Positions 18,603-28,600 of a DNA stretch of 64,000 nt are shown piece after piece; the stretch's first letter is position 1, and each line of letters begins with the position of its first letter. The position numbers were made by a program, and so were the translations under genes. The notes beneath the pieces were generated by a model, which had not been told where the DNA came from, searched no databases, and saw only the letters and a list, made by a program, of their open reading frames with translations. Origin of the DNA: Akkermansia sp. (lineage in GTDB: Bacteria; Verrucomicrobiota; Verrucomicrobiia; Verrucomicrobiales; Akkermansiaceae); the NCBI GenBank assembly GCA_017399165.1, contig JAFQEF010000079.1, positions 14,005 through 78,004 of the forward strand. Direction: 5' to 3'.

Positions 18603-19623
18603 ATCGCACCCCGAAAAACGCGGAGGCCTCATGTCTTGTCACATGCATCGCATTAACGTAGCGAGTGCGCAGCAAATTCGGGCTGCTGTGCCCCATTTCT
18701 AACTGCAACTCCGGTAGATTCCGAAAATACGTTGCATGGTAAGTCGCAAAAGTATGGCGTAATACATCTGCCTGCCATGTCCTCAATCCGGCAGCTCTTC
18801 TTAATTTCTTCCAGCGGACGGTCCAGTTGCGGGGAATAATACGCCGCACACCTCGCAGTTTCCCCTTGCAATACAACGGTACTACACGCCCTCCACCGGT
18901 CTTGCTTACCACCGGGCGCACAACAACCTCCCCCTCTTTCCATCGAATATCCTGCGGGCTTAATCGGGCAACTTCTGCAGGCCGCAAGCCGCAATAAGTA
19001 AGCAAATGCAAAGATAAACGCATATCCGCATGCTCCGTCTTTGTTGCGGCGTCTTCCAGTTTTCGTATTTGTTGAAGAGTCAACGGCACTATCTCATTCT
19101 CGCTAACACTCGGTGTTTCAATATCATCCACAGGGTTTCCGGCACACCACCCGCGGCGCTTACCATATGCAAATATACTGTGTAATACAGCTCTGCCTTT
19201 TCGATAACTATGGGCACTACTGCCAAACGACTTTTGTAAGAGATTGCGGCATTCATCCACCCCCATCGCACGTAGCGGGCGTTCTCCCACTCCCTCCACC
19301 CGCAGCATCCTTGAGGTAAAGTGACGCAAATCCCGCAATGTTGTCGGCCGCCTCCCGGCTCGAGCCTCAATACTCAGCCTAGCAGCCTCTGCAAACGGCA
19401 CCGTCTTCTCTCGCGTTTCTATCACTTTTATCCCCTCCTCTACTACCTCCACACAAGCAATCTCATAATGAGCACTTCTTCCTTTTTGTCGTAGACGGGC
19501 TATTACAGAATACGCAACCTGCGCGGCTTCTACTAATCCTACACCACTCTTTTTCAACAGTGTAAGCGCTGCTAATTCTTCACAGCCTATCATTATATTC
19601 TCTTTCGTTTTTTTTGATTTCAT
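18601..19623 (-). CDS. tyrosine-type site-specific recombinase/integrase
   Basis: Catalytic signature GLRPAEVARL (Arg), LRHTFATYH (H-x-x-R) and MGHSSPNLLRTRY (His..Tyr). Start placed at ATG 19623 (MKSKKTKEN); the ORF stays open to 19758. Confidence 0.85.
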   Translation of the reverse strand: MKSKKTKENIMIGCEELAALTLLKKSGVGLVEAAQVAYSVIARLRQKGRSAHYEIACVEVVEEGIKVIETREKTVPFAEAARLSIEARAGRRPTTLRDLRHFTSRMLRVEGVGERPLRAMGVDECRNLLQKSFGSSAHSYRKGRAVLHSIFAYGKRRGWCAGNPVDDIETPSVSENEIVPLTLQQIRKLEDAATKTEHADMRLSLHLLTYCGLRPAEVARLSPQDIRWKEGEVVVRPVVSKTGGGRVVPLYCKGKLRGVRRIIPRNWTVRWKKLRRAAGLRTWQADVLRHTFATYHATYFRNLPELQLEMGHSSPNLLRTRYVNAMHVTRHEASAFFGVR

Positions 19624-19816
19624 GGTGATATGTGTGCATTTATTATGCTGGTCAAGAGAAAAATACCTATTTTTGCTCTTTGAGACGCAGTAATTCAATC
19701 TATAATGAGGAAGAGAACAAATCAATAGTTCTAAAGCTTCCGCAGGCACTTTTCTCAAATAAAGAAATCCTTAAAATATTGATGATAACAATGTTGCAAA
19801 AAGATAAGGTTAATAA

Positions 19817-22800
19817 ATGCTGATAATATCGGGTGCGCGCGCGGGAGAATGCTCGGCGTATCAACCTACAACCACGGCAATCTCCATGCAAACGCACCAA
19901 CTACACACCTTTACACCTGTGATAGACCCCGCGCCGGAGCGAATTGCCGTAGTGAGTGCCGAAGCAACGTTGAAGGGATTCAGCGAAATTCCCAAAAGCT
20001 ACCTAAAAGCGGAGTGGCAGTTAATACTCAGTGATAATTGTTTAGAGAGATGGGGGCTGCTGCGAGCCGATAAAGAGCATAAGTTTCTAAATAGTTTACA
20101 AGGACAACGCTGGGCACAACAATGTTTGAATTGGCTGCAAAGTGGGCGCGTAACAGTTAAGTTTGCGCCCCTCAAAAACGGGAGAGAGTTTATCCTATTT
20201 CATCAAGGAGCAAACGTCAGCGGACGGCATGTTCCCGGGCTATTATCCGCAGAAGGCGTAGGCGCCATGCCACACGGAGGGCTTTTTGAAGAAACAGAGG
20301 CCATGACCACCGAACAGGCAGAGCTACAAAGTGCTCGTTTTGACGCAGTATGGCAGCATGCAGAGCAACTCAGAACCTGCGATAAATTACAAAATCAGCT
20401 TGAGTTTTTGGCAAGTACTCACCCGGCAGAATGGGTATATATGCGTGCATGCCAAATCTTTGTGCCCGATGCCGAGGTGCAGGAGGATTACTTAAACACC
20501 CCGCCGGGATACACGGATACAGCTATATGGCAAGAGCTGTTCAGCTTCCAGAAAGACGGCGTTAAGGGCGTCATTAACAAAATACTCAAATACAATGGCT
20601 GCATTCTGGCAGATAGTGTGGGTCTCGGCAAAACGTACGAGGCACTTGCCGTTATCAAATACTTTGCCCGCAAAGGCGATAAAGTGCTGGTGCTTGCACC
20701 CAAACGGCTGCGCGACAACTGGGCCTTATTTACCCTCAACGACAATCGAAATCCCTTTGCGGATGATCCGTTCCATTACGACCTGCTCAACCACACCGAC
20801 ATTAACCGAACAAGCGGCAAAAGCGGGGATATTGACCTTTCACACTTCCGGTGGGAGCATTTTGACCTCATCGTCATTGATGAGTCACACAACTTCCGCA
20901 ACAAAGGTTCACGTTACCAACGCTTGCTCGACCAAGTCATCAATCGTGGCGCCAAAACTAAAATTCTTTTACTCACTGCCACCCCCGTCAATAACCGCGT
21001 TACAGATTTGCGCAATCAAATCAACCTCATAGCCGGTGGCAAGGATGAGCACCTCAAACCCTACGGCATTGAAAGCATTACAGAAACCGCTCGCCAAGCG
21101 CAAAAAAAGTTTGCAGTATGGGCTAAGACACCCGAGGCGGAGCGTGTACAGACCTCTCTTTTACATGTCTTGGGGCAAGATTATATTCATCTGTTAGACC
21201 TCCTCACCATCGCGCGCTCCCGCAAGCACATCGAGGCGCATTACAACAGCAGCTCCGCCGTTGCAATGTTCCCCAAACGCCTCCTCCCCATCAACCTTTA
21301 CCCCGATAGCGGGGACAACGGGTTCTTGCCTGTACAGGCCATCAGTAAAACCCTGCAAAAGCTCCACATGGCGGTCTACAGGCCCCTCTATTATGTGCTC
21401 GAGCACCGCAAGGAAGCCTACCTGCAAAAATATAACCAGCAAATCGGCGCTAACCTGGAGTTCTCTCAAATTGACCGCGAAAAGAGCCTTTCTGCCCTCA
21501 TGACGGTCAACCTCCTCAAGCGTATGGAAAGCTCGGTAGAGGCATACGCCATCACCCTCGGCAAGCAAATAGAAAACACAAAGGCTCAACTCGCCATGCT
21601 GCAAAATGCGCAGCAGGTTGTATGGGATAACGATATATCTGAGGAAGACATTGACGACGAGGACGACGCCCTGCTCGGCTCTGCAAAAATCAAGGTGGCT
21701 CTGCAAGATTTAGACCGCCACCGCTTGAAACATGATTTGCAAGAGGACCTCAACTACTTGCAACAATTGCAACAGCACATTGATGTTGTGCGAAAAACGC
21801 AAGACTCCAAACTCAAACAATTAAGGGAGATTATCAGCCGCAAGATTACTGCCCCGCTCAATCCCGGCAATAAAAAGGTAATCATCTTTACGGCTTTTGC
21901 TGATACGGCTACCTACCTGTTCGAAAAGCTTTCCCCTTGGCTCTTGCAAGAGTATGGTCTGCACACGGCCATGGTAAGCGGCGCCAAACGCAACCGCTGC
22001 ACGCTTGACGGCGTACGCACAGGCCAAGATTCCCTGCTCTCTGCCTTTTCTCCGCGTTCCAAGAAGTTTGATCTCGCCCGCACCGCAGGTCGGCAAATTG
22101 ATGTTCTTATTGCAACGGATTGTGTTTCAGAAGGTCAGAACTTGCAAGATTGCGACTTCTTGATTCACGCAGATATTCATTGGAACCCCGTACGCATCAT
22201 CCAGCGTTTAGGTCGTATAGACCGTATCGGCAGCACTAACACCTGCATTCAAATGGTCAACATGTGGCCCGTTGCAGAGCTGAACGAGTATATCAACCTA
22301 GAGCAACGCGTTAAGGCAAAAATGGACCTCCTCTCCACTTCTGCCACGGGAGATGACAACTTACTCAGTAAAGAAGCCCGGCAAGACCTCGAGTTCCGTT
22401 CCCGTCAACTCCTGCGCCTTAAAGATGAGGTGATTAATCTGGAGGACGTCGCCGCAGATGCCTCTATCACCAACCTGAATTTCCAACAACACCGCAGCGA
22501 CCTGCAAAACTTTTGTCTGGCTTCGCCATCTCATCGCCCCGACAAATGGCCATCTTACCTCGGAGCCGTTGCTGCTGCATCGGTCGGGGTTGCTGCCGGG
22601 GCGTTTTTCCTGCTCAAATCCCACGCTAAGATTCAGGCAGACAAAGCCTATCCCTATGCCCCTTATTACCTCCTCCATGTGGCGGAGGATGGCTCCGTTT
22701 TGCCGCAATTCCGCAATGTGCGAGACATGCTCGACCTCCTGCAATCTGTCACCCACGGCTCACGAGAGGAGAGCGAATCCTGCCGAGCGAACTTTACTCA

Positions 22801-22996
22801 AATCACCAAAAACGGTGCAGACATGGCACGCTACACCAAGCTGCTTTCTGCCGCCGTGCGCGAATTGATGGGTGAGGAAAAAGCAAGTATAGGCCGCAGT
22901 GCTTTTGCTGCGGGTAAACCACTGCTGGGGCGTGGTCGCACGGCCCGTGGTGTAGACGATGTTGAAATTATTACCTGGCTTGCCGTTATACCATGA
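19817..22996 (+). CDS. SNF2/Rad54-family (SF2) helicase/translocase, 1059 aa
   Basis: Motif I DSVGLGKT (GLGKT 20621-20635), motif II VIDESHNFRN (DESH 20879-20890), motif III LLLTATPVNN and motif VI QRLGRIDRIG (22202-22231). Start is uncertain (ATG 19817 or 19886). Confidence 0.85.
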   Translation: MLIISGARAGECSAYQPTTTAISMQTHQLHTFTPVIDPAPERIAVVSAEATLKGFSEIPKSYLKAEWQLILSDNCLERWGLLRADKEHKFLNSLQGQRWAQQCLNWLQSGRVTVKFAPLKNGREFILFHQGANVSGRHVPGLLSAEGVGAMPHGGLFEETEAMTTEQAELQSARFDAVWQHAEQLRTCDKLQNQLEFLASTHPAEWVYMRACQIFVPDAEVQEDYLNTPPGYTDTAIWQELFSFQKDGVKGVINKILKYNGCILADSVGLGKTYEALAVIKYFARKGDKVLVLAPKRLRDNWALFTLNDNRNPFADDPFHYDLLNHTDINRTSGKSGDIDLSHFRWEHFDLIVIDESHNFRNKGSRYQRLLDQVINRGAKTKILLLTATPVNNRVTDLRNQINLIAGGKDEHLKPYGIESITETARQAQKKFAVWAKTPEAERVQTSLLHVLGQDYIHLLDLLTIARSRKHIEAHYNSSSAVAMFPKRLLPINLYPDSGDNGFLPVQAISKTLQKLHMAVYRPLYYVLEHRKEAYLQKYNQQIGANLEFSQIDREKSLSALMTVNLLKRMESSVEAYAITLGKQIENTKAQLAMLQNAQQVVWDNDISEEDIDDEDDALLGSAKIKVALQDLDRHRLKHDLQEDLNYLQQLQQHIDVVRKTQDSKLKQLREIISRKITAPLNPGNKKVIIFTAFADTATYLFEKLSPWLLQEYGLHTAMVSGAKRNRCTLDGVRTGQDSLLSAFSPRSKKFDLARTAGRQIDVLIATDCVSEGQNLQDCDFLIHADIHWNPVRIIQRLGRIDRIGSTNTCIQMVNMWPVAELNEYINLEQRVKAKMDLLSTSATGDDNLLSKEARQDLEFRSRQLLRLKDEVINLEDVAADASITNLNFQQHRSDLQNFCLASPSHRPDKWPSYLGAVAAASVGVAAGAFFLLKSHAKIQADKAYPYAPYYLLHVAEDGSVLPQFRNVRDMLDLLQSVTHGSREESESCRANFTQITKNGADMARYTKLLSAAVRELMGEEKASIGRSAFAAGKPLLGRGRTARGVDDVEIITWLAVIP

Positions 22997-23724
22997 TGCA
23001 CCCACTCATCCGGCAAATGCTGCCCGCCGCCATAGCAGATATCTTTGCCACTGTCAACAAAGAGGATATCGTTTCAAACTGTGCTTCAAAACGCGGTGAA
23101 GGTGTATTGATTCTTGAGCAGGTAAAATCTGCCCGCTATACTTGCATTTATGATGCCATTTGGCCCGATATCCCGGAATCGGAAGATGCCGTTGCGCTGA
23201 TGATTTTTTATGTGTGTTTGAACGCAGAGTGTACCACTCCCCAGCGCAACAGGATAACGGAGCTCTTACACCGAGGTTCCGGCAATCCATTGTTGTTGTT
23301 CATTCAACATAAAAATGACGTTTATTTGTCTGCCCGCTTTGGCGAGCATTTTGTCAAAGTGTTATTGCCCGCGCAATTACCCCCTGCCTTCGTGCAAGAG
23401 ATGGATATTCGCCAAGGCTTTCCCGCCCATTTGCGTGCCCTTTACAACCGTTGGATATGTGCGCTCTATGCCCTTAACACGGCTACCGATAAACAGTTGC
23501 TGTCCATCGCTGGCAATATCAACTATTGCTCCCTCCCCACACCACAGCAGGCCCAACAACAACATGCAGTTGTTGCCGCGCTTTTGCAACAATTATCTGC
23601 CGTGCGTGCGCAGTTAAACGCTTGCCGACTTAATGCGAGCAAACGTGTCCCCCTCGGCAATTTGCGTCATTCTCTTATCAATCAGCTTATTAATCTATTA
23701 CCCCCTCAAAATGAAAACTCCTGA
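22993..23724 (+). CDS. hypothetical protein (243 aa) translationally coupled between the SNF2 helicase and mod
   Basis: Its ATG overlaps the SNF2 stop (ATGA, 22993-22996) and its stop lies 14 nt inside mod. No motif recognised. Size and context are reminiscent of DUF4391-type proteins, from memory and unverified. Confidence 0.6.
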   Translation: MMHPLIRQMLPAAIADIFATVNKEDIVSNCASKRGEGVLILEQVKSARYTCIYDAIWPDIPESEDAVALMIFYVCLNAECTTPQRNRITELLHRGSGNPLLLFIQHKNDVYLSARFGEHFVKVLLPAQLPPAFVQEMDIRQGFPAHLRALYNRWICALYALNTATDKQLLSIAGNINYCSLPTPQQAQQQHAVVAALLQQLSAVRAQLNACRLNASKRVPLGNLRHSLINQLINLLPPQNENS

Positions 23725-25630
23725 AAAACTTACGTTGAACTCTCCCGAGCTCCAGTCCCAGTCCCCCATCTCGGGTAACTTGGCTAAATTACAGCTACTC
23801 TTCCCCTCGGTCGTGCGTGAGGGAAAGGTAGATTTTGATGCCCTGCGTCAACTGCTCGGCGACGATGTTGCCAAAGAGAATGAACTCTTCGGCCTGCAAT
23901 GGCACGGCAAAGCACGCGCCCGCCGTAATGCCCTTACTCCCTCCCTCGGCACCCTACGCCCCTGTAAAGAGGAGTCTAAAAATTGGGATAACACCAAGAA
24001 TCTCTATATTGAGGGCGATAATCTCGAGGTGCTCAAGCTCCTCCAAAAATCTTACGCCGGTAAGGTGAAAATGATTTATATCGACCCTCCTTATAATACC
24101 GGCAATGAATTCGTTTACCCCGATGATTATCAAAACGGCATCCAAAATTATCTGAATCTGACAGGCCAGCAGGATAAATTCAAAGCCAATGCTGAAACCA
24201 GTGGCCGCTATCACACCGATTGGCTCAATATGATGTACCCCCGCCTTATGCTCGCTCGCGAGTTGCTGAGCGATGATGGGGTGATTTTTATTAGTATTGA
24301 TGACCATGAAGATAGTAATTTACTCCAGTGCTGCAATGAGATTTTCGGAAGTAAAAATTTCATTGCTCAACTAATATGGCAAAGAGCATTTTCCCCGAAA
24401 AATGATGCAAGATATGTTTCTAACAGCCATGATTACATACTGATGTTTGCTAAGAATATAGAAACATTTAGGATTGGAAGATTAGAACGTACCGAAGAAG
24501 CAAACGCAAGATATTCCAATCCGGACAATGATCCCAGAGGAGTATGGATGTCAAGCGATATCTCCGTTAAAACATATAACGAAGAATGCGATTATCCAAT
24601 TACGACTCCTTCAGGAAGAGTCGTAGAGCCTCCAGCAGGACGCTGCTGGAGGCTCTCGCAAAACGCGTTTTGCGAGAGACTCCGAGATGGGAGAATTTGG
24701 TTTGGCCCCGATGGAGACGGAACGCCTAGAATCAAGAGATTCTTATCAGAACTACGTTTTGAAGGCATGGCTCCAACATCAATATTACTACATAAAGAAG
24801 TAGGGCATAGCCAGGAAGGTGCTCAAGAAGTTGTATCTTTATTTGAGAACAAAGGCGTATTTGATGGGCCCAAACCAGTTCGATTGCTGGAACGACTATT
24901 GACACTCGCTAATCTTGAAGATGATTCTATAGTTGTAGATTTCTTTTCAGGCTCAGCCACAACAGCTCACGCTATACTCAAATATAACGCAGAAAAAAAT
25001 AAAAAATGCAGATTCATAATGACGCAAATGCCCGAAACTTGCGACAATGACTCAACAGCCGCGAAAGCCGGGTATGCGAACATCTGCGAGATAGGCAAGG
25101 AGCGCATACGGAGAGCGGGAGAAAAGGTAAAGCCAGAAGCAGGGCTTGACGGGCAGAATTTGGATGTAGGGTTCCGCGTCTTTAAGCTGGACACCAGCAA
25201 CGTGATGCCATGGAGCACCGAGCCGGGGCAATTGAACCTGCAACTGGAGAACGAAAGCAACCTGCGGCCGGAGCGCACGAGCGAAGATATTTTTTACGAA
25301 GTATTGCTGAAACAAGGCATAGAGCTGACGGAAGACAGTCGCAATAAGGAGATTGCGGGGTACACGGTGTATAGCTTGGGCTACGGCTTATATTATTGTT
25401 GCTTTGACGCGCACATCGGCATGGAAGCACAAGAGCTGGCAGCAGGCATCGCACGCTGGCATGAGGAAGAAGACCCCGACGGCAAGGACTGCGTGGTCTA
25501 TGTGCGAGATAGTGCTTTTGACAGCAGCAACACCATGCAGGGGGTAAACGGAGATGAGGGGGATGCACGCAAAAAGAGCTTTTGCCAAACGCTGGAGCAA
25601 AGCGGCATACTGAAAGTAAAAGCATTCTGA
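23711..25630 (+). CDS. mod: Type III restriction-modification methyltransferase (Mod), beta-class N6A/N4C MTase
   Basis: Motif IV IYIDPPYNTG (DPPY 24083-24094) precedes motif I DFFSGSATTAHA (24938-24958), which is the beta-class order. Start set at ATG 23711 (MKTPEKL); the ORF is open from 23633. Confidence 0.9.
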   Translation: MKTPEKLTLNSPELQSQSPISGNLAKLQLLFPSVVREGKVDFDALRQLLGDDVAKENELFGLQWHGKARARRNALTPSLGTLRPCKEESKNWDNTKNLYIEGDNLEVLKLLQKSYAGKVKMIYIDPPYNTGNEFVYPDDYQNGIQNYLNLTGQQDKFKANAETSGRYHTDWLNMMYPRLMLARELLSDDGVIFISIDDHEDSNLLQCCNEIFGSKNFIAQLIWQRAFSPKNDARYVSNSHDYILMFAKNIETFRIGRLERTEEANARYSNPDNDPRGVWMSSDISVKTYNEECDYPITTPSGRVVEPPAGRCWRLSQNAFCERLRDGRIWFGPDGDGTPRIKRFLSELRFEGMAPTSILLHKEVGHSQEGAQEVVSLFENKGVFDGPKPVRLLERLLTLANLEDDSIVVDFFSGSATTAHAILKYNAEKNKKCRFIMTQMPETCDNDSTAAKAGYANICEIGKERIRRAGEKVKPEAGLDGQNLDVGFRVFKLDTSNVMPWSTEPGQLNLQLENESNLRPERTSEDIFYEVLLKQGIELTEDSRNKEIAGYTVYSLGYGLYYCCFDAHIGMEAQELAAGIARWHEEEDPDGKDCVVYVRDSAFDSSNTMQGVNGDEGDARKKSFCQTLEQSGILKVKAF

Positions 25631-25634
25631 AGCC

Positions 25635-28600
25635 ATGAGCAAGGTAAAGTTGCAATTTGAGGCAGATTTAGCGTACCAACACCGAGCCATCGAGGCAGTA
25701 TGCAATTTGTTTGAGGGGCAAGGCCATGCCGTGAGCCCCTTCACCGTGATGCTACCGCCAAAGGAGGGGGAGCTGGGACTGCGTGACACAGATATGGGCA
25801 CCGGCAACAAGCTGAGCCTTACAGATGAAGAGATATTGCAGAACCTGAAAGGTATACAAGAGCGCAACGGGCAAGTTATCTCTGAGAGTAAAAGCTACCT
25901 TGCCGAACAAACCGTAGGCAAAAAGAAAAAAAGCGTGCTGCGCGCCGCATGGGATTTTACGGTAGAGATGGAAACCGGCACGGGCAAGACCTACGTTTAC
26001 CTGCGCAGCATATACGAGCTGCACAAGCGCTACGGGTTCAGCAAGTTTATCATAGTAGTGCCGAGCATTGCCATTAAAGAGGGCGTATTCAAGAGCATCG
26101 AGTTGATGCGCGAGCACTTTCGCACGCTGTATGACGGCGTGGCCATGCATGCCACCTTGTACGACAGTGCCAAGATAGGCGAGGTGTGCAACTATGCGCG
26201 CAGCAACAAGTTGGAGATTATGGTGTGCACCATACAAGCCATAACCGCCATACAAAAAGAAGCCGAGCACAATGACACCCCCAAGCGAGGGGCTCAGCGT
26301 GTGATGTACACCGCCAACGAGAAAACGGGGGGAATGGAGCCCATTCATTACATACGCCAATGCCGCCCCATTGTTATTGTGGATGAGCCGCAAAACGTGG
26401 GAGAAAAGGGAGAGCTGAACGGCATTGCCCTGCTGGAGCCCTTGTGCACCTTGCGCTACTCTGCCACCCACCGCAACTTATGCCACCCGCTTTACACCCT
26501 GAACGCCGTAGAGGCGAGCAACCAAAAGCTGGTAAAACACATTGAAGTAGCAGGTTGCACCATCAGCCAAAACACAAGCGGGTTACCCTACATTAAAGTA
26601 CTGAAAGTTGGCGAAAAAAAGGGAGAAACTTATGCCAAACTAAGATTATTGCATGATTTGCAAGGCAAAAGCAAAGATATGGAGGCACACGTGGGTGACA
26701 GCTTGGATCTTGTAACCCGGAATGAGATATACACCGGTATCGTCGTGCAACAGATACAGGAGAACGGCGTGCTCTTTTCTCCCGAGAGCATCGGATTCAT
26801 CGGCACGGGAGAGGACAACGCCGGCAGCGACAACGCCGTGTTAGTGGAGCAAATGATACGCGAAACCATCAAAAAGCATCTTGAGAGGGCAGCTCTTTTA
26901 CGCCCCAAGGGTATCAAGGTGCTGAGTCTGTTCTTTTTGGACAGCGTGTCAAACTACCGTGAGTATGATGAAAACGGGCGGAAGCCCGGTCGGTATGCCG
27001 AGATTTTTGAAAGAGAGTTCAATAAATGGTCAAGCTTGCCTCAATACCGCAGCTTATGGGCAGAAGGTGCGCCACCCGCAGCCGATACCGTGCACGACGG
27101 GTATTTCTCAATAGACAAAAAAGGCAAAAAAGAGATTTGGACGAACACCAAAGAAAACGACCGCAGCGATGCGGCCAAGCGCGCTTACGAACTGATTATG
27201 CGCGACAAGGAACGCTTATTGAGTTTGGACGAGCCCTTGCAATTCATCTTTTCTCACACGGCCTTGCGAGAGGGCTGGGATAATCCGAATGTGTTTCAGG
27301 TGTGTGTGTTGAGGTCGGATTTTGAGACCGCGAGTGAAATATCGCGCCGTCAAATCATTGGTCGAGGTCTGCGTATATGCGTGGATAAACACGGCCGCCG
27401 CGTGCGAGAGGAGGGTGTCAACACCCTGACGGTTGTTGCCAAAGAGCATTTCGAAGAGTTTGCTAAAAAGCTGCAACATGAATATGAGGAAGACGGCATG
27501 AAGTTCGGCGTTGTTACGCCGCAGCTATTGGGGGCCGTTACCCTGCCCACCCGCCAAGGAGAAGAAGAATTACTGGGGCAAGAACGCGGCAAAATGGTAT
27601 TGGCAAGCTGCACAGCTGCCGACATTATTGATGCACAAGGCAAACTGAGTGATACTGCCAACCAACAGTTACAGGCCGGAACCTTTATACTACCTGACAG
27701 TTGTTTGGATGCTGTACCCGAAGAACAACGCCCCGCCATGCACCACGCACTGTTACAGGTGTTGATGGATGCCACACGCAAGGTATCAGTTACCGATGCG
27801 AACAAACGCCACGAGTTGAAAGTTCGCGATAAATGGAGGGATAACGCGCATTTCCTGGCCTTGTGGGAGCGCATTAAAACACGCACCATTTTCGAAGTAA
27901 AGTTCAGCACGGAGACCTTGATACGCCGAGTGGTCAACAACGTACAGCAAGATTTACTGAATATTCCACCGGTGTTGCTCAGCATGGGTATAGCAGGCAT
28001 CACTTACAGAAACGGCGGCATCAGAGCGGAGCTGAAAGGCACCAAGCACACCGTGGTCGACACCTCGAACAACCCCGTGCCGGATATTGTATCGGAAATA
28101 GTGGACAAGACGGAGCTGACCCGCCGCACGGTTGTGCGAATTTTACGAGGATTACCCGAAGCGGTATTGAACAAAGTGCGCGATAACTGTGCCGAGTTCT
28201 TGCGCAGAATCATCAGAGGCATACAACGAGAGCTGGAGGCTCTGATGGTAGATGGCATTTGTTACCGCCCTGTCATTATAGGCGAACGCGAGTACGGCAA
28301 ACAGCTCTTCCTGACACCACAGCAGGTGGGTGACATCAAAAATGTGATTGCAACCTCAGAAAAATGTCTTACGGAACAAATTGTCTGTGACTCAGGCTCA
28401 AAACCCGAGCGCAATTTTGCGCGTGACGCAGACTTGGATGAAAACGTAAAGTTCTATATCAAATTGCCCGACAGTTTCACCATACCCACACCACTGGGTA
28501 AATATAACCCGGACTGGGCTATGGTAAAACACGAAGATGGGCAGGATATTCTTTACTTCGTTGTAGAAACGAAAGGCAGTAACCTTTCCGGTGATTTGCG

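Noticed and set aside
17559-18632. 357-aa ORF antisense to the cysJ-like gene
   Set aside because: Shadow ORF opposite a gene with strong motif support. Gly/Ala/Val-rich composition and no motifs.
19703-19726. Possible att-like direct repeat: TAATGAGG-AAGA-GAAC-AAATCA (19703-19724) versus TAATGAGG-T-AAGA-T-AAATCA (28817-28836)
   Set aside because: Only 8 contiguous identical bases with gapped similarity afterwards, in AT-rich sequence, which is plausible by chance. The left copy would also leave the integrase outside the element, which is atypical. It needs empty-site comparison before it means anything.
19624-19758. 45-codon N-terminal extension of the integrase ORF
   Set aside because: The extension lies in the AT-rich spacer and encodes no conserved sequence. 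ATG 19623 (MKSKKTKEN..) gives a normal-length tyrosine recombinase. I cannot exclude the longer form.
20180-20240. Possible PLD-type (HxK) nuclease motif in the SNF2 N-terminus (FILFHQGANVSG)
   Set aside because: The segment lacks the H-x-K-x4-D signature, with Gln in place of Lys and no preceding conserved pattern. I cannot support a nuclease call.
25921-25933. Homopolymer or simple-repeat phase-variation switch in res (A5-G-A7 encoding KKKK), and a search for repeats in mod
   Set aside because: The tracts are shorter than those that drive phase variation in known Type III systems (usually 9 or more mononucleotides or many tetra/pentamer repeats). No tandem short repeats were seen in mod.
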